Assembly (NCBI GenBank): GCA_050949315.1
Contig: JBMNFL010000001.1
Location: forward strand, 704,001-768,000
Origin: Bacilli bacterium
Lineage (GTDB): Bacteria; Bacillota_I; Bacilli_A; RFN20; UBA1709
Direction: 5' to 3'
Length of the DNA stretch: 64,000 bases
Both the position numbers and the translations under genes were made by a program. A model generated the notes under the pieces. The model did no database searches. It was not told the DNA's origin and saw only the letters and a list, made by a program, of their open reading frames with translations. Each line of letters opens with the position of its first letter. The stretch's first letter is position 1. This document shows, one piece after another, positions 10,333 through 19,389 of the stretch.

Positions 10333-10977
10333 TTACAATATTTTTTCAAGTGTCTTTCTTAATTCATCGACATTTTTAAAGTCGCTTTTCCGAAAATCTC
10401 CCTTGATTACTAAGGGGCGTTCTCCCACCACAACAATACGATCAGCTAGTAAAAAAGCCTCTTCAAGATTATGCGTAATTAAAAGAACAGATTTCCCTTC
10501 TATCTTGCTTTTTAAAATATTCAAACTTTTCTCCATAGTCTTTATATCTAAACCCTGCGCTGGTTCATCTAAATAGAAAACATCGCCACCATAAGCCAGG
10601 GCTCTAGCTATTGACAAACGTCTCTTCATCCCGCCTGATAATTCAGCGGGAAAAAGATCTTTCGCTTCTTCTAAACCAAACTCTTTTAAAAACTCTAAAG
10701 CCGTCTTTTCACTAACGCCAAGCAATTCAATATTTTTAAGGGCGCTAAACCACGGTAATAAAACTTCTTCTTGAAAGACAAAACTTGCGCGGCCAGTAAA
10801 GCTTTCAACCACGCCGCTCTGTGGCTTAATTAAGCCGGCAGCAAGTTTTAATAAAGTTGTCTTTCCGCTCCCAGAAGGGCCCAAAATACAAGTTGTTTCA
10901 TTAACTTGGGCTTCAAAATTAAAATTTTTAAATAGTTCGTTTTCATAAGAAAAAGAAACATTTTTAAATTTAAGCAT
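10333..10977 (-). CDS. ABC transporter ATP-binding protein (NitT/TauT/SsuB type)
   Basis: Motifs GPSGSGKT, LLPW, LSGGMKRR, LDEP and ITHN. Confidence 0.9.
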   Translation of the reverse strand: MLKFKNVSFSYENELFKNFNFEAQVNETTCILGPSGSGKTTLLKLAAGLIKPQSGVVESFTGRASFVFQEEVLLPWFSALKNIELLGVSEKTALEFLKEFGLEEAKDLFPAELSGGMKRRLSIARALAYGGDVFYLDEPAQGLDIKTMEKSLNILKSKIEGKSVLLITHNLEEAFLLADRIVVVGERPLVIKGDFRKSDFKNVDELRKTLEKIL

Positions 10978-11722
10978 GAAATCTACCCTCCCTTTTAATT
11001 AAAAAGAGAATAAATTTTTCAACCAAGATACTAAGCAAAACAACAAGTAGTGTCCAAGCAAATAAATCGGTAGTTTCTAGGTAGATTTTTGAATTATATA
11101 AGGCTGCCCCTATCGACTCTTTATAAGGGGCAATTACTTCAGCAGCAATACCTGCTTTCCAAGCCATTCCAACCGCAACATTCATTGCTGCCAGAAAATA
11201 CGGTTTTACAGAAGGAATAACAATTTTTCTTAAAATCTTAGGACGGGACATTTTGAAAGCTTTTGCTAGTTCAAGATAACTTTTGTCAATAGAGTATAAA
11301 CCTTTTTCAACATTTGCCCAAATTGTTGGCAAAACAATTAATGCGCTAGTTAAGATTGGAACATTCCCAACGTTAATCCAAATAATTGCTAAAATAATAA
11401 AAGAAGCTACCGGTGTTGCCTTTGCAAAATGCATCACTGGTTTTAATAAAGCAGAAGCTGTCTTGAATTTATAGGTTAAAAAAGCAATTATAATTCCAAC
11501 AATCGTTCCAATAATTAAGCCCAAAGCAACCCGAAGCAGTGATGTGCCAATAGCTAACCAAAAATAATTTTCACTTATTAAAACGCCCAGTCTTTCCAAA
11601 ACCACAATCGGGGTAGGCACTAGGATTTCTTTGTTTATAATCATGGCTATGCCTTGCCAAACAAGGAGCCAAAAAATTAGCACCAAAGCAAAGCGAAGTT
11701 GTTTCTGGTAATGTACTTTCAT
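10970..11722 (-). CDS. ABC transporter permease (NitT/TauT/SsuC type)
   Basis: About 6 TM segments, EAA-like loop (ELAKAFKMSR) and AWKAGIAAEV. Confidence 0.88.
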   Translation of the reverse strand: MKVHYQKQLRFALVLIFWLLVWQGIAMIINKEILVPTPIVVLERLGVLISENYFWLAIGTSLLRVALGLIIGTIVGIIIAFLTYKFKTASALLKPVMHFAKATPVASFIILAIIWINVGNVPILTSALIVLPTIWANVEKGLYSIDKSYLELAKAFKMSRPKILRKIVIPSVKPYFLAAMNVAVGMAWKAGIAAEVIAPYKESIGAALYNSKIYLETTDLFAWTLLVVLLSILVEKFILFLIKREGRFHA

Positions 11723-11732
11723 TATTCTTCCC

Positions 11733-12680
11733 CTAATAATTTAAATAAAAATCTGCTGTGGGTAATTTGCCTCCAACACTCATTGGTTTAGCTGCATATA
11801 AAACACCCAAAAAATTAGTTAAGGGTTCTTTGTAACTCGTTCCGTGTTTCCAGACAATATTACACCTTGGCAAAGCCGCTTCGGCAACACTGGCTTTTGC
11901 AATATCATATTTTTCAATCAAGTCGGCGGCAGCCTTTAAATTTTTATTGACGTAATTAACACTACTCTGATATTCCTTAACAAAATTTTTAACGGCCTGC
12001 TCATGTTCTTGAACAAAGGTCTTGCGAACAGCAATTCCCCCCATCATTAATTCCCCAACATCTAATTTTCCCCACTCTTCGCTTAAATTAATAGCTACTT
12101 TAAAATTTTGATCTTTGCTAGTCACGGTTGTAACAAAGGGTTCTGGTAACATCGCGATTGTATAATTTCCGTTGAGAAGCTGGGTTGCCGCCTCGCTATG
12201 TTCGCTGGCCCAAACCATTTCCACAGTAACTTCGTTCTCCACCAATATATAATTTAAAATGTGTTCAGCTGTGCTGCCTTTACCTGAAGCAAGGATTGTT
12301 TTTCCTTCTAAATCAGCAAGGCTATTAATCGTTGATCCATTTTCTATAATATATAAAACACCTAAAGTATTTACACCGAGTATTTGAATTTCCCCATCGG
12401 TTTTGCTATTTAAGGTGGCAATTAAATTTGTTGGCAAGGCCGCCATATCTAAATCTCCACTGATTAAACGACCCGTCAATTCGTCAACAGCACCAGCAAT
12501 AGTAAAATCATAAATGTTTTTTGTCTTTTTATCCTCGTTCTGCGCCATTAAATAGGCGGCCCCCATTCCTGTAGGGCCTTTCAAAAAGCCGATTTTGACT
12601 TCTTCTTTTGTTGTCGAACAAGCCGATAGTCCCAAAACTAACAAACATAAGCCTAAAAAAGATAATAAGATTTTTTTCAT
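11733..12680 (-). CDS. ABC transporter substrate-binding lipoprotein (NitT/TauT/SsuA-like)
   Basis: Lipobox LSAC, KGPTGMG and AMLPEPF; adjacent to the permease and ATPase. Confidence 0.85.
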   Translation of the reverse strand: MKKILLSFLGLCLLVLGLSACSTTKEEVKIGFLKGPTGMGAAYLMAQNEDKKTKNIYDFTIAGAVDELTGRLISGDLDMAALPTNLIATLNSKTDGEIQILGVNTLGVLYIIENGSTINSLADLEGKTILASGKGSTAEHILNYILVENEVTVEMVWASEHSEAATQLLNGNYTIAMLPEPFVTTVTSKDQNFKVAINLSEEWGKLDVGELMMGGIAVRKTFVQEHEQAVKNFVKEYQSSVNYVNKNLKAAADLIEKYDIAKASVAEAALPRCNIVWKHGTSYKEPLTNFLGVLYAAKPMSVGGKLPTADFYLNY

Positions 12681-12684
12681 TTTC

Positions 12685-13329
12685 TTAATTAATAAAGGTT
12701 ACTTTATTATTCTCCTTTCTGATTATTTTTTTATCCTCTAAATCTTTAAAACAACGATAAAGACTCGCTCGCCCAATACCCAAAACATCGGCCAATTCCG
12801 ACATAGAACAAGGCAAAATTAAATCCTGGTTTTCTTGGGCTTGCATTTTTAACCATAAATAGAGTTTTTCACTGGCATCTCCTCCAGTAAAAGTTCTAAT
12901 TTTCTGATTTAAAAAATGAATTTTTTGCGAAAGGAGTTTAACATAGGCTTTAACAAAGTCCAATTCACTTTCCAATAATTGCTCAACAATTTCTTTAGGA
13001 ATTATTAAAAGACGACATCTTTTTCTAGCAATTATTTTAGAAGGATATTCGCTTGTTTCATAAAACAAACTCGCCATTCCAAAAAGATCGTTTTCTTTAA
13101 GACAATTGATAAAAGTCTCTTTTTGGTTAAGTCCGCTTTTTAATACATTGACTCGACCAGAAAGAATTAGAATGAGACTGCGCTCAAATTCTTGCGGTGT
13201 CAAAATTTCTTCGCCTCTTTGATAAGTCTTAATTAAAATTTGGCCATTAGTGATCAATTCTTTTAAATGTTGCGAATCGATCTTTGACAATAAAGCGTTC
13301 TTTTTAATAAGTTTTAATGCTTTGTTCAT
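12685..13329 (-). CDS. Crp/Fnr family transcriptional regulator
   Basis: cNMP-binding-like domain (LILSGRV, FGMASLF) and C-terminal HTH SMSELADVLGIGRASLYR; alternative TTG start at 13332. Confidence 0.9.
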   Translation of the reverse strand: MNKALKLIKKNALLSKIDSQHLKELITNGQILIKTYQRGEEILTPQEFERSLILILSGRVNVLKSGLNQKETFINCLKENDLFGMASLFYETSEYPSKIIARKRCRLLIIPKEIVEQLLESELDFVKAYVKLLSQKIHFLNQKIRTFTGGDASEKLYLWLKMQAQENQDLILPCSMSELADVLGIGRASLYRCFKDLEDKKIIRKENNKVTFIN

Positions 13330-13347
13330 CAAAAAACCGCCCCTTTC

Positions 13348-13363
13348 TGTCTTATATGATACA
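13348..13363. promoter_or_regulatory. Candidate Crp-family operator (TGT-N10-ACA) overlapping the -10 of the crp-ABC promoter
   Basis: TGTCTTATATGATACA, 12 of 16 positions self-complementary; minus-strand promoter TTGATA-17-TATCAT. Confidence 0.45.
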
Positions 13364-13397
13364 ATATCCTTTAATTGTTATCAATAAATAAAGACAT

Positions 13398-13432
13398 AAA
13401 AAACCACCTAGCATTTTTACTAAGTGGTTTTT
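13398..13432 (-). terminator. Intrinsic terminator after the hydrogenase operon
   Basis: AAAAACCAC...GTGGTTTTT stem with A/T tracts, 20 nt past the hydA stop. Confidence 0.7.
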
Positions 13433-13451
13433 ATTTTCAATAAATATTCTT

Positions 13452-15176
13452 TTAAATATCAACGTGACTTTTATCAGTATAGTGGGTATGGAATAATTTG
13501 TGAGCAATTCCTTCTCCGGGTTTAACACCCAGATCTTGGTAGAATTCCTTAATCGCTGGATTTTTATGGGATTGACGAACGGGTAATTTTTCAGCATCAA
13601 TTTTATAAAGAGCTTTTCTACGAGCTGATATTTTAGCCCAATTGCGATAGGCGTTGCCGCCTCCACCAATACAACCACCTGGACAAGCCATAATCTCAAT
13701 AAAATGATAATCGGCTTTGCCTTCTTTAATTAATTCCATAATCTTTCTTGCATTAGCAAGACCAGAGGTGACACAAACCTTTACTGGAAGATCGCCAACT
13801 TGAATTGTGGCTTCTCTTGTCCCTTTTAAGCCACGGACCATTGTAAAGTCAATGTTTTCTAAATCCTTACCTGTTACAATTTCATAAACCGTTCTCAAGG
13901 CCGCTTCCATAACTCCGCCTGTCGCTCCAAAAATGACTCCAGCGCCAGAACCTAAACCGAAAGGCTTATCAAATTCACTCTCTGGTAAGGCCCCAAAATC
14001 AATGTTGGCACTCTTAATCATTTTAGCTAATTCCTGAACTGTTAAAACGCAGTCAACATCTTGATAGTTATTACGACCTAATTCTGGTCTTTTGGCTTCA
14101 TATTTTTTGGCAGTACAAGGCATAATTGATAAACTGAACATTTCTTGTGGAGTTTTGCCTATTTTCTTAGAATACCATTCTTTAATAATGGCTCCAAACA
14201 TCCCCTGAGGTGATTTAGCCGTTGATAAATGTCCAAGTTGTTCAGGATAAAAGGTCTCACAGAATTTTACCCAGGCCGGTGAACAAGAAGTAATCATTGG
14301 CAAAACACCACCATTAGTTAAGCGTTCAATTAATTCTGTTCCTTCTTCCATAATTGTTAAGTCGGCCGTAAAATCAGTATCAAAAACATAGTCAACGCCC
14401 AACATTTTAAGAGCCGTTACTAAACGACCAACACTAATGGTTCCACTTTCTTCACCTAAGGCTTCGGCAATATTTACTCTAACGGCCGGTGCTACTTGAG
14501 CTACCACGACCTTCTTGGGGTCGTTAATTGCCGCCCAGGCTTCTTCGGTATCATCACGAATTGTTAAAGCCCCAGTAGGACAAGCTTGAACACATTGTCC
14601 ACAATTGACACAGATGCTCTCGTCAAAGGGCATATCAAAAGGTGTGGAAAAATAAGTTTCAAAGCCACGATGTTTGCGTGATAAAACATGAACTGCTTGA
14701 TATTGACTACAGGCCCATTCACAGCGCCCACAGGCAATACATTTGGAAGGATCGCGAACAATAGAAGGGCTGGACATATCAATTCCCTCTCCTCTTACGC
14801 GCAAGGGGAAGCGATTTTCCTCATTAAATCCATAATGGGCGGCCAAAGTTTGTAATTCACAACTTTGATTGCGCGCACAATGTAAACAATCTTGGTTATG
14901 ATGGGCTAGTATCAGTTCTAGTACCATCTTCCGCGCTTTTCTTACTCTTTCGGTATTGGTGTGAACGACCATGCCATCAAAACAACGGAAAGAGCAGGCC
15001 GGTTGTAAAACTCTTTGGCCTTCAACCTCAACAACACAAACCCGACAATGGGCCTTAACATCTTGATCAGGATGATGGCAAAGCGTTGGTAATTTGATAC
15101 CAATTTGTTGGGCTGCTTCTAAAATTGTCATCCCTTCTTGAACTTCAATAACTTGGTTGTTTATAGTAACTTTCAT
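13452..15176 (-). CDS. hydA: [FeFe]-hydrogenase group A catalytic subunit
   Basis: N-terminal 2Fe-2S, His-ligated cluster HNQDCLHC, two CxxCxxCxxxC motifs, and H-cluster motifs TSCSPAW, MPCTAKKYE and EIMACPGGCIGGGG. Confidence 0.96.
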   Translation of the reverse strand: MKVTINNQVIEVQEGMTILEAAQQIGIKLPTLCHHPDQDVKAHCRVCVVEVEGQRVLQPACSFRCFDGMVVHTNTERVRKARKMVLELILAHHNQDCLHCARNQSCELQTLAAHYGFNEENRFPLRVRGEGIDMSSPSIVRDPSKCIACGRCEWACSQYQAVHVLSRKHRGFETYFSTPFDMPFDESICVNCGQCVQACPTGALTIRDDTEEAWAAINDPKKVVVAQVAPAVRVNIAEALGEESGTISVGRLVTALKMLGVDYVFDTDFTADLTIMEEGTELIERLTNGGVLPMITSCSPAWVKFCETFYPEQLGHLSTAKSPQGMFGAIIKEWYSKKIGKTPQEMFSLSIMPCTAKKYEAKRPELGRNNYQDVDCVLTVQELAKMIKSANIDFGALPESEFDKPFGLGSGAGVIFGATGGVMEAALRTVYEIVTGKDLENIDFTMVRGLKGTREATIQVGDLPVKVCVTSGLANARKIMELIKEGKADYHFIEIMACPGGCIGGGGNAYRNWAKISARRKALYKIDAEKLPVRQSHKNPAIKEFYQDLGVKPGEGIAHKLFHTHYTDKSHVDI

Positions 15177-16429
15177 GATTGATGACCTCCCTTCATGTTT
15201 TTCGTAAACTCGGGTCGGAAAAATCTAATAACCGACTGCAGCGGTTTGGCGGAAGCTTGTCCTAAACCACATAAAGAGGTATCGCACATGACTTCTGATA
15301 ATTCTTCCATTAATTCCAAATCTTCTAAAACGGCGGTTCCGTCCTTAAATTTCCTAATTAATTCTAACAAGCGGCGATTTCCTTCGCGACAAGGTGTGCA
15401 CTGGCCACAGGACTCTTCATCGAAAAATTCAGTTAAATTTTCAACGACATCAATAATGTCTTGATCTTCATCAATAAACATCAAATCCCCAGCTCCAAAA
15501 GTGGCCCCAACCGCATTACAGGGATCAATATCAAAAGGTGTATCTAACAAAGATGGGGGAATTATATTTCCAGAAGCTCCGCCTGTTTGAATGGCTTTTA
15601 ACTTCTTACCATTAGGACAGCCGCCGCCAACCTTCTCAAAAAGTTCGCGAATAGTGATTCCTATTGGAAACTCATAAACTCCTGGATTTTTAATATTGCC
15701 AGAAAGAGTGTATAACTTTGTTCCTGGATTATTTTTTGAACCATATTTACGGAATTCCTCAACACCATCTTTAATAATAAGCGGTACATTAACAAAGGTC
15801 TCTACATTATTAATAATTGTTGGTTTTTGCCATAAACCTTCAACACCAGGGTATGGTGGTTTATAACGTGGCTCGCCCCGTTTGCCTTCAATGGATTCTA
15901 ACATTGCGGTTTCTTCACCACAAACATAGGCTCCCGCCCCTAGGCGAACTTCTATATCAAAATCATATTTACTACCCATGATTTTTTTACCAAGATAGCC
16001 TTGGGCCTTAGCTTCGGCAATGGCCTTTTCTAAATTCTCTCTTAAATATACATATTCGGCTCGCAAATATATGTAAGCCTTGGTTGAACCAACAGCCACA
16101 CCCGAAATCGCCATGCCTTCAAGCATCAAATGTGGGACTTTTTCAATTATAACTCGGTCTTTATTAGTCCCTGGTTCACCTTCATCAGCGTTACAAACAA
16201 CATATTTAACATCTGCTTTGGTATTCTTTACAAAGGACCATTTTTGCCCGACACCAAAACCCGCTCCGCCCCGGCCTCTTAGCCCAGAAGCTTTCATGGT
16301 GTCTATAATTTTGTCGGGATTCTCTACCGCTTTTCTTAAAGCTTCGTAGCCCCCAACTTTGACATAATCTTTAACACTGACTGGATCAATTTTATCAGCA
16401 TAACGAAGGATTTTTAATGTTTGTTTCAT
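15173..16429 (-). CDS. hydB: NuoF-like FMN/NADH-binding hydrogenase beta subunit (short form)
   Basis: Motifs GLRGRGGAGF, CNADEGEPGTNKD, GAGAYVCGEET, ESCGQCTPCREG and SLCGLG; overlaps the hydA start (ATGA). Confidence 0.93.
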   Translation of the reverse strand: MKQTLKILRYADKIDPVSVKDYVKVGGYEALRKAVENPDKIIDTMKASGLRGRGGAGFGVGQKWSFVKNTKADVKYVVCNADEGEPGTNKDRVIIEKVPHLMLEGMAISGVAVGSTKAYIYLRAEYVYLRENLEKAIAEAKAQGYLGKKIMGSKYDFDIEVRLGAGAYVCGEETAMLESIEGKRGEPRYKPPYPGVEGLWQKPTIINNVETFVNVPLIIKDGVEEFRKYGSKNNPGTKLYTLSGNIKNPGVYEFPIGITIRELFEKVGGGCPNGKKLKAIQTGGASGNIIPPSLLDTPFDIDPCNAVGATFGAGDLMFIDEDQDIIDVVENLTEFFDEESCGQCTPCREGNRRLLELIRKFKDGTAVLEDLELMEELSEVMCDTSLCGLGQASAKPLQSVIRFFRPEFTKNMKGGHQS

Positions 16430-16441
16430 TTCTTATCCCTC

Positions 16442-16924
16442 CTATTCAAACTTTGAGATAAGATCTTCAATGTCCTCGGGCTTAAGTGGACCAAAAACCT
16501 CATCGTTAATCATAATAGCTGGTGAGCGATCACAAATACCTAAACACTCACAGGTTTCTAAGGTAAACTTGCCATCATAAGTTGTTTCTCCAACTTTAAT
16601 ACCCAAGAATTTTTCCATGGCTGCTAAAACCTCTTGGGCTCCTTTGATGTGACAAGGAGCTGACTTACACATTCTAATTACATATTTTCCTCTTTTTTGA
16701 ACAGAGAAAAAGGCATAGAATGTGGCTACTGAATATACTTTTGCTTTAGGTATCCCCATTTCCTTAGAAATAACAGAGATAACTTCTTCTGGTACAGAAT
16801 TGCAGGCAATTTTCTGGACCTGCCCTAAAACTTCTACAAGCATATCTTCGCGGCCCTTGTATTGAGCGGCTAAGTTGGCAACTTGTTTCAGGGTTTCAGG
16901 GTCAATACGTCGACAATTATTCAT
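16442..16924 (-). CDS. hydC: NuoE-like 2Fe-2S hydrogenase gamma subunit
   Basis: CKSAPC...CLGIC thioredoxin-like 2Fe-2S motif and VATFY; RBS GGAGGT before ATG 16924. Confidence 0.92.
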   Translation of the reverse strand: MNNCRRIDPETLKQVANLAAQYKGREDMLVEVLGQVQKIACNSVPEEVISVISKEMGIPKAKVYSVATFYAFFSVQKRGKYVIRMCKSAPCHIKGAQEVLAAMEKFLGIKVGETTYDGKFTLETCECLGICDRSPAIMINDEVFGPLKPEDIEDLISKFE

Positions 16925-17033
16925 AAAATACACCTCCGTCTAACAATAGTATCTACCTCTTTGTGTCTTTTTTCAAGGATTTTTTTATTTTTTGCGAATA
17001 ACCATTCATGTGTCGTTTTTGGTTTTATTCATC

Positions 17034-17064
17034 AAAAAAAATAATCTTTCAATGGAAAGATTAT
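17034..17064 (-). terminator. Intrinsic terminator after the heavy-metal ATPase
   Basis: Perfect stem ATAATCTTTC-AATG-GAAAGATTAT with an adjacent A run (U tract on the minus strand). Confidence 0.75.
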
Positions 17065-17096
17065 AACATATATAATTATTAATCGTTAAATTAATT

Positions 17097-18971
17097 TTAA
17101 AAACGAATTCTTAAAGCATTAAAAACTGCTAAGAGACAAAGACCAACATCGGCAAGTACTGCGCCCCAAATCGGTAAAAAACCAAGGACTCCAAGCGTCA
17201 AGGCTAAGGTCTTAATCACAATGATCCCAATAATGTTCTCTTTGATTATTTTTATGGTTTTTTTCGCTACTTTTTTTGATTCTACAAGCGAAAATAAATC
17301 GTCACTCATAACAACGGCATCACTAGCTTCAATGGTTGCTTCGCTACCTAATTTTCCCATCGCTATTCCTACTGAACTTTTAGTGATTACTGGAGCATCA
17401 TTAATGCCATCTCCAACAAAAGTTACTATCTTTTCTTGTTTTAAATATTCATCAATAATTTGTACTTTTTCTAGGGGTAAAAGATTACTATAAAAAGTAT
17501 CTGCTTCTAATTGTTTAGCGCTTTGTCCAACACTTAACTTGTTATCTCCTGAAAGCATTACAACTTCAATTCCTAAATTTTTAAATGCGTCAATGGTGCG
17601 TTTAGCACTATCTCTTAAGACGTCCGTTATTACTATATAACCCAAATACTCTCCTTTATAGGAAACATGAACGGCTGTGCCTTCTTCTTTTTCTTGAATG
17701 TCTTCACTAACGAACTCGGCTTTTCCTACTTTTATTTCATGTCCTTGATAATACGCACTAACACCTTGTCCGGGAATTTCTTGATAACTATCAAGTTTAG
17801 CATTTACTTCCTTACCGTATTTTTTAACTATTGCTCTAGCTATAGGGTGATTAGAAAAAGACTCTACCAGAGCGGCTTTTTCCAAAATGTTCTCTTCATT
17901 ATCACCAACTATTTTAGAAACTAAAAAATCTCCTTGGGTCAAGGTTCCAGTTTTATCAAAGATAATAGTGTCAGTTTTACTAAAAAGTTCCAAATAATTG
18001 CTGCCCTTAAACAGAACACCTTTTTTAGCAGAGCTTGCTATCCCCACAAAAAAACTTAAAGGTATTGATATAACTAAAGCACAAGGACAAGCAACCACCA
18101 AAAAAGTCAAGGCGCGATAAAGCCAAAAAGAAAAATCTTGACCAAACAACAAAGGGAAAAAGGCTATTATAATTGCTAATCCAACAACTATAGGTGTATA
18201 GATCTTAGCGAATTTAGTAATAAATTTTTCGCTAGTTGCTTTACCTTTCATCGCTTCTTTTACATATTTTAAAATTTGACTGGCTGTGGAATCTTCAGCG
18301 CTTTTTTTAACTTTAATTTTCAAAATACCCGACATGTTTATTGATCCCGATAAAACTTGATCGCCACTACTTACTCTTTTTGGCAAACTTTCTCCATTTA
18401 AAAAGGATAAGTTAAGATTGCTTTCTCCATCAATAATCACTCCATCTACTGGTATTTGCTCTCCTGGGCGAATTATGAGGGTATCATCTTTTTTAATTTC
18501 CTTAACCCCAACATCAATAACTTGGTTATCAACTAACAAATGCGTGGTGGTGATTTTTAGACTCAAAAGTTTATTAATTGATTGATAACCCTTATCAACA
18601 GCATGGTTCTGAATAAATTCACCAATTTGATAAAGCAAAATAACTAGAACCGCTTCTCGATATTCTTGAATTAAAAAAGCGCAAACAGAAGCGATAGTCA
18701 TTAAAAATTTCTCATCTAAATTTTTGTTTCTAAAAACATTAGTTAAACCATCTATAATGATGTCATACGCTATTATTAAATAAGATATTAAATATATGTA
18801 TAATGAGGGAAAAGATGAGAAAGGATTAAAAAGAGCTAGCACAAAAAATAATAAGGCTAGCACTATTCGAATGATAATAGTCTTTTTGTTCTTTCCTTGA
18901 TGGCTGTGTCCCCCTGAACAAGCACAGCATTTTTGCTCTTCCCCGTGCTTGTGATGACAAGCTACTCGCAT
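17097..18971 (-). CDS. cadA: Heavy-metal-translocating P1B-type ATPase (Zn/Cd/Pb)
   Basis: Motifs CPC, DKTGT, SNHPIA and GDGIND, plus a His/Cys-rich N-terminus; start overlaps the ArsR stop. Confidence 0.9.
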   Translation of the reverse strand: MRVACHHKHGEEQKCCACSGGHSHQGKNKKTIIIRIVLALLFFVLALFNPFSSFPSLYIYLISYLIIAYDIIIDGLTNVFRNKNLDEKFLMTIASVCAFLIQEYREAVLVILLYQIGEFIQNHAVDKGYQSINKLLSLKITTTHLLVDNQVIDVGVKEIKKDDTLIIRPGEQIPVDGVIIDGESNLNLSFLNGESLPKRVSSGDQVLSGSINMSGILKIKVKKSAEDSTASQILKYVKEAMKGKATSEKFITKFAKIYTPIVVGLAIIIAFFPLLFGQDFSFWLYRALTFLVVACPCALVISIPLSFFVGIASSAKKGVLFKGSNYLELFSKTDTIIFDKTGTLTQGDFLVSKIVGDNEENILEKAALVESFSNHPIARAIVKKYGKEVNAKLDSYQEIPGQGVSAYYQGHEIKVGKAEFVSEDIQEKEEGTAVHVSYKGEYLGYIVITDVLRDSAKRTIDAFKNLGIEVVMLSGDNKLSVGQSAKQLEADTFYSNLLPLEKVQIIDEYLKQEKIVTFVGDGINDAPVITKSSVGIAMGKLGSEATIEASDAVVMSDDLFSLVESKKVAKKTIKIIKENIIGIIVIKTLALTLGVLGFLPIWGAVLADVGLCLLAVFNALRIRF

Positions 18972-19309
18972 ACGTGTTCTAAACCTTGTTGTATGATAGT
19001 TACAACATGCTTATCCGCTAAAGAATAAAAAACTTCTTTGCCTTTTTTTCTTGCCTTAACAAGTTTGGCCTGTCTTAAAATCTTTAATTGATGCGAGATG
19101 GCTGATTGAGTAACACCAATTAAACTAGTAATGTCACAAACACACAGCTCGTGTTCAAATAAAGAAAGCATTATTTTGGCGCGTGTTGAATCACCAAAAT
19201 TTTTAAACAATTCTGCTAAATCATAAATTTGCTCGTCTGGTGGCAGCTTTGATTTTACTAAATCTAAAACTTGATTATGTACAACATTAACTTCACATTT
19301 TGTTATCAT
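18962..19309 (-). CDS. ArsR/SmtB metal-sensing repressor (CadC/ZiaR-like)
   Basis: Motifs LAELFKNFGDSTR, ELCVCD, QSAISHQL and alpha5 site DKH...EH. Confidence 0.92.
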   Translation of the reverse strand: MITKCEVNVVHNQVLDLVKSKLPPDEQIYDLAELFKNFGDSTRAKIMLSLFEHELCVCDITSLIGVTQSAISHQLKILRQAKLVKARKKGKEVFYSLADKHVVTIIQQGLEHVCE

Positions 19310-19324
19310 TTTATCTCTCCTTTA

Positions 19325-19350
19325 AACAAATGAGCATTTATTCATGTGTT
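19325..19350. promoter_or_regulatory. SmtB/ArsR-type 12-2-12 operator
   Basis: AACAAATGAGCA-TT-TATTCATGTGTT (9 of 12 arm positions symmetric), between the promoter and RBS of the arsR gene. Confidence 0.8.
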
Positions 19351-19357
19351 GTACATA

Positions 19358-19385
19358 ATTATATCTCTATCTTTTAAATTGTCAA
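19358..19385 (-). promoter_or_regulatory. Sigma-A promoter of arsR-cadA
   Basis: Consensus TTGACA-16-TATAAT on the minus strand. Confidence 0.75.
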
Positions 19386-19389
19386 TATA

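Noticed and set aside
13352-13699. 115-aa minus-strand ORF overlapping the hydA 3' end
   Set aside because: It is an alternative frame across hydA, its terminator and the crp promoter, with no RBS or recognisable motif
14270-14295. H-cluster L1 motif TSCSP rather than TSCCP
   Set aside because: C/S variation at this position is a known, common variant in group A [FeFe]-hydrogenases; L2 and L3 are intact, so it is not evidence of inactivity
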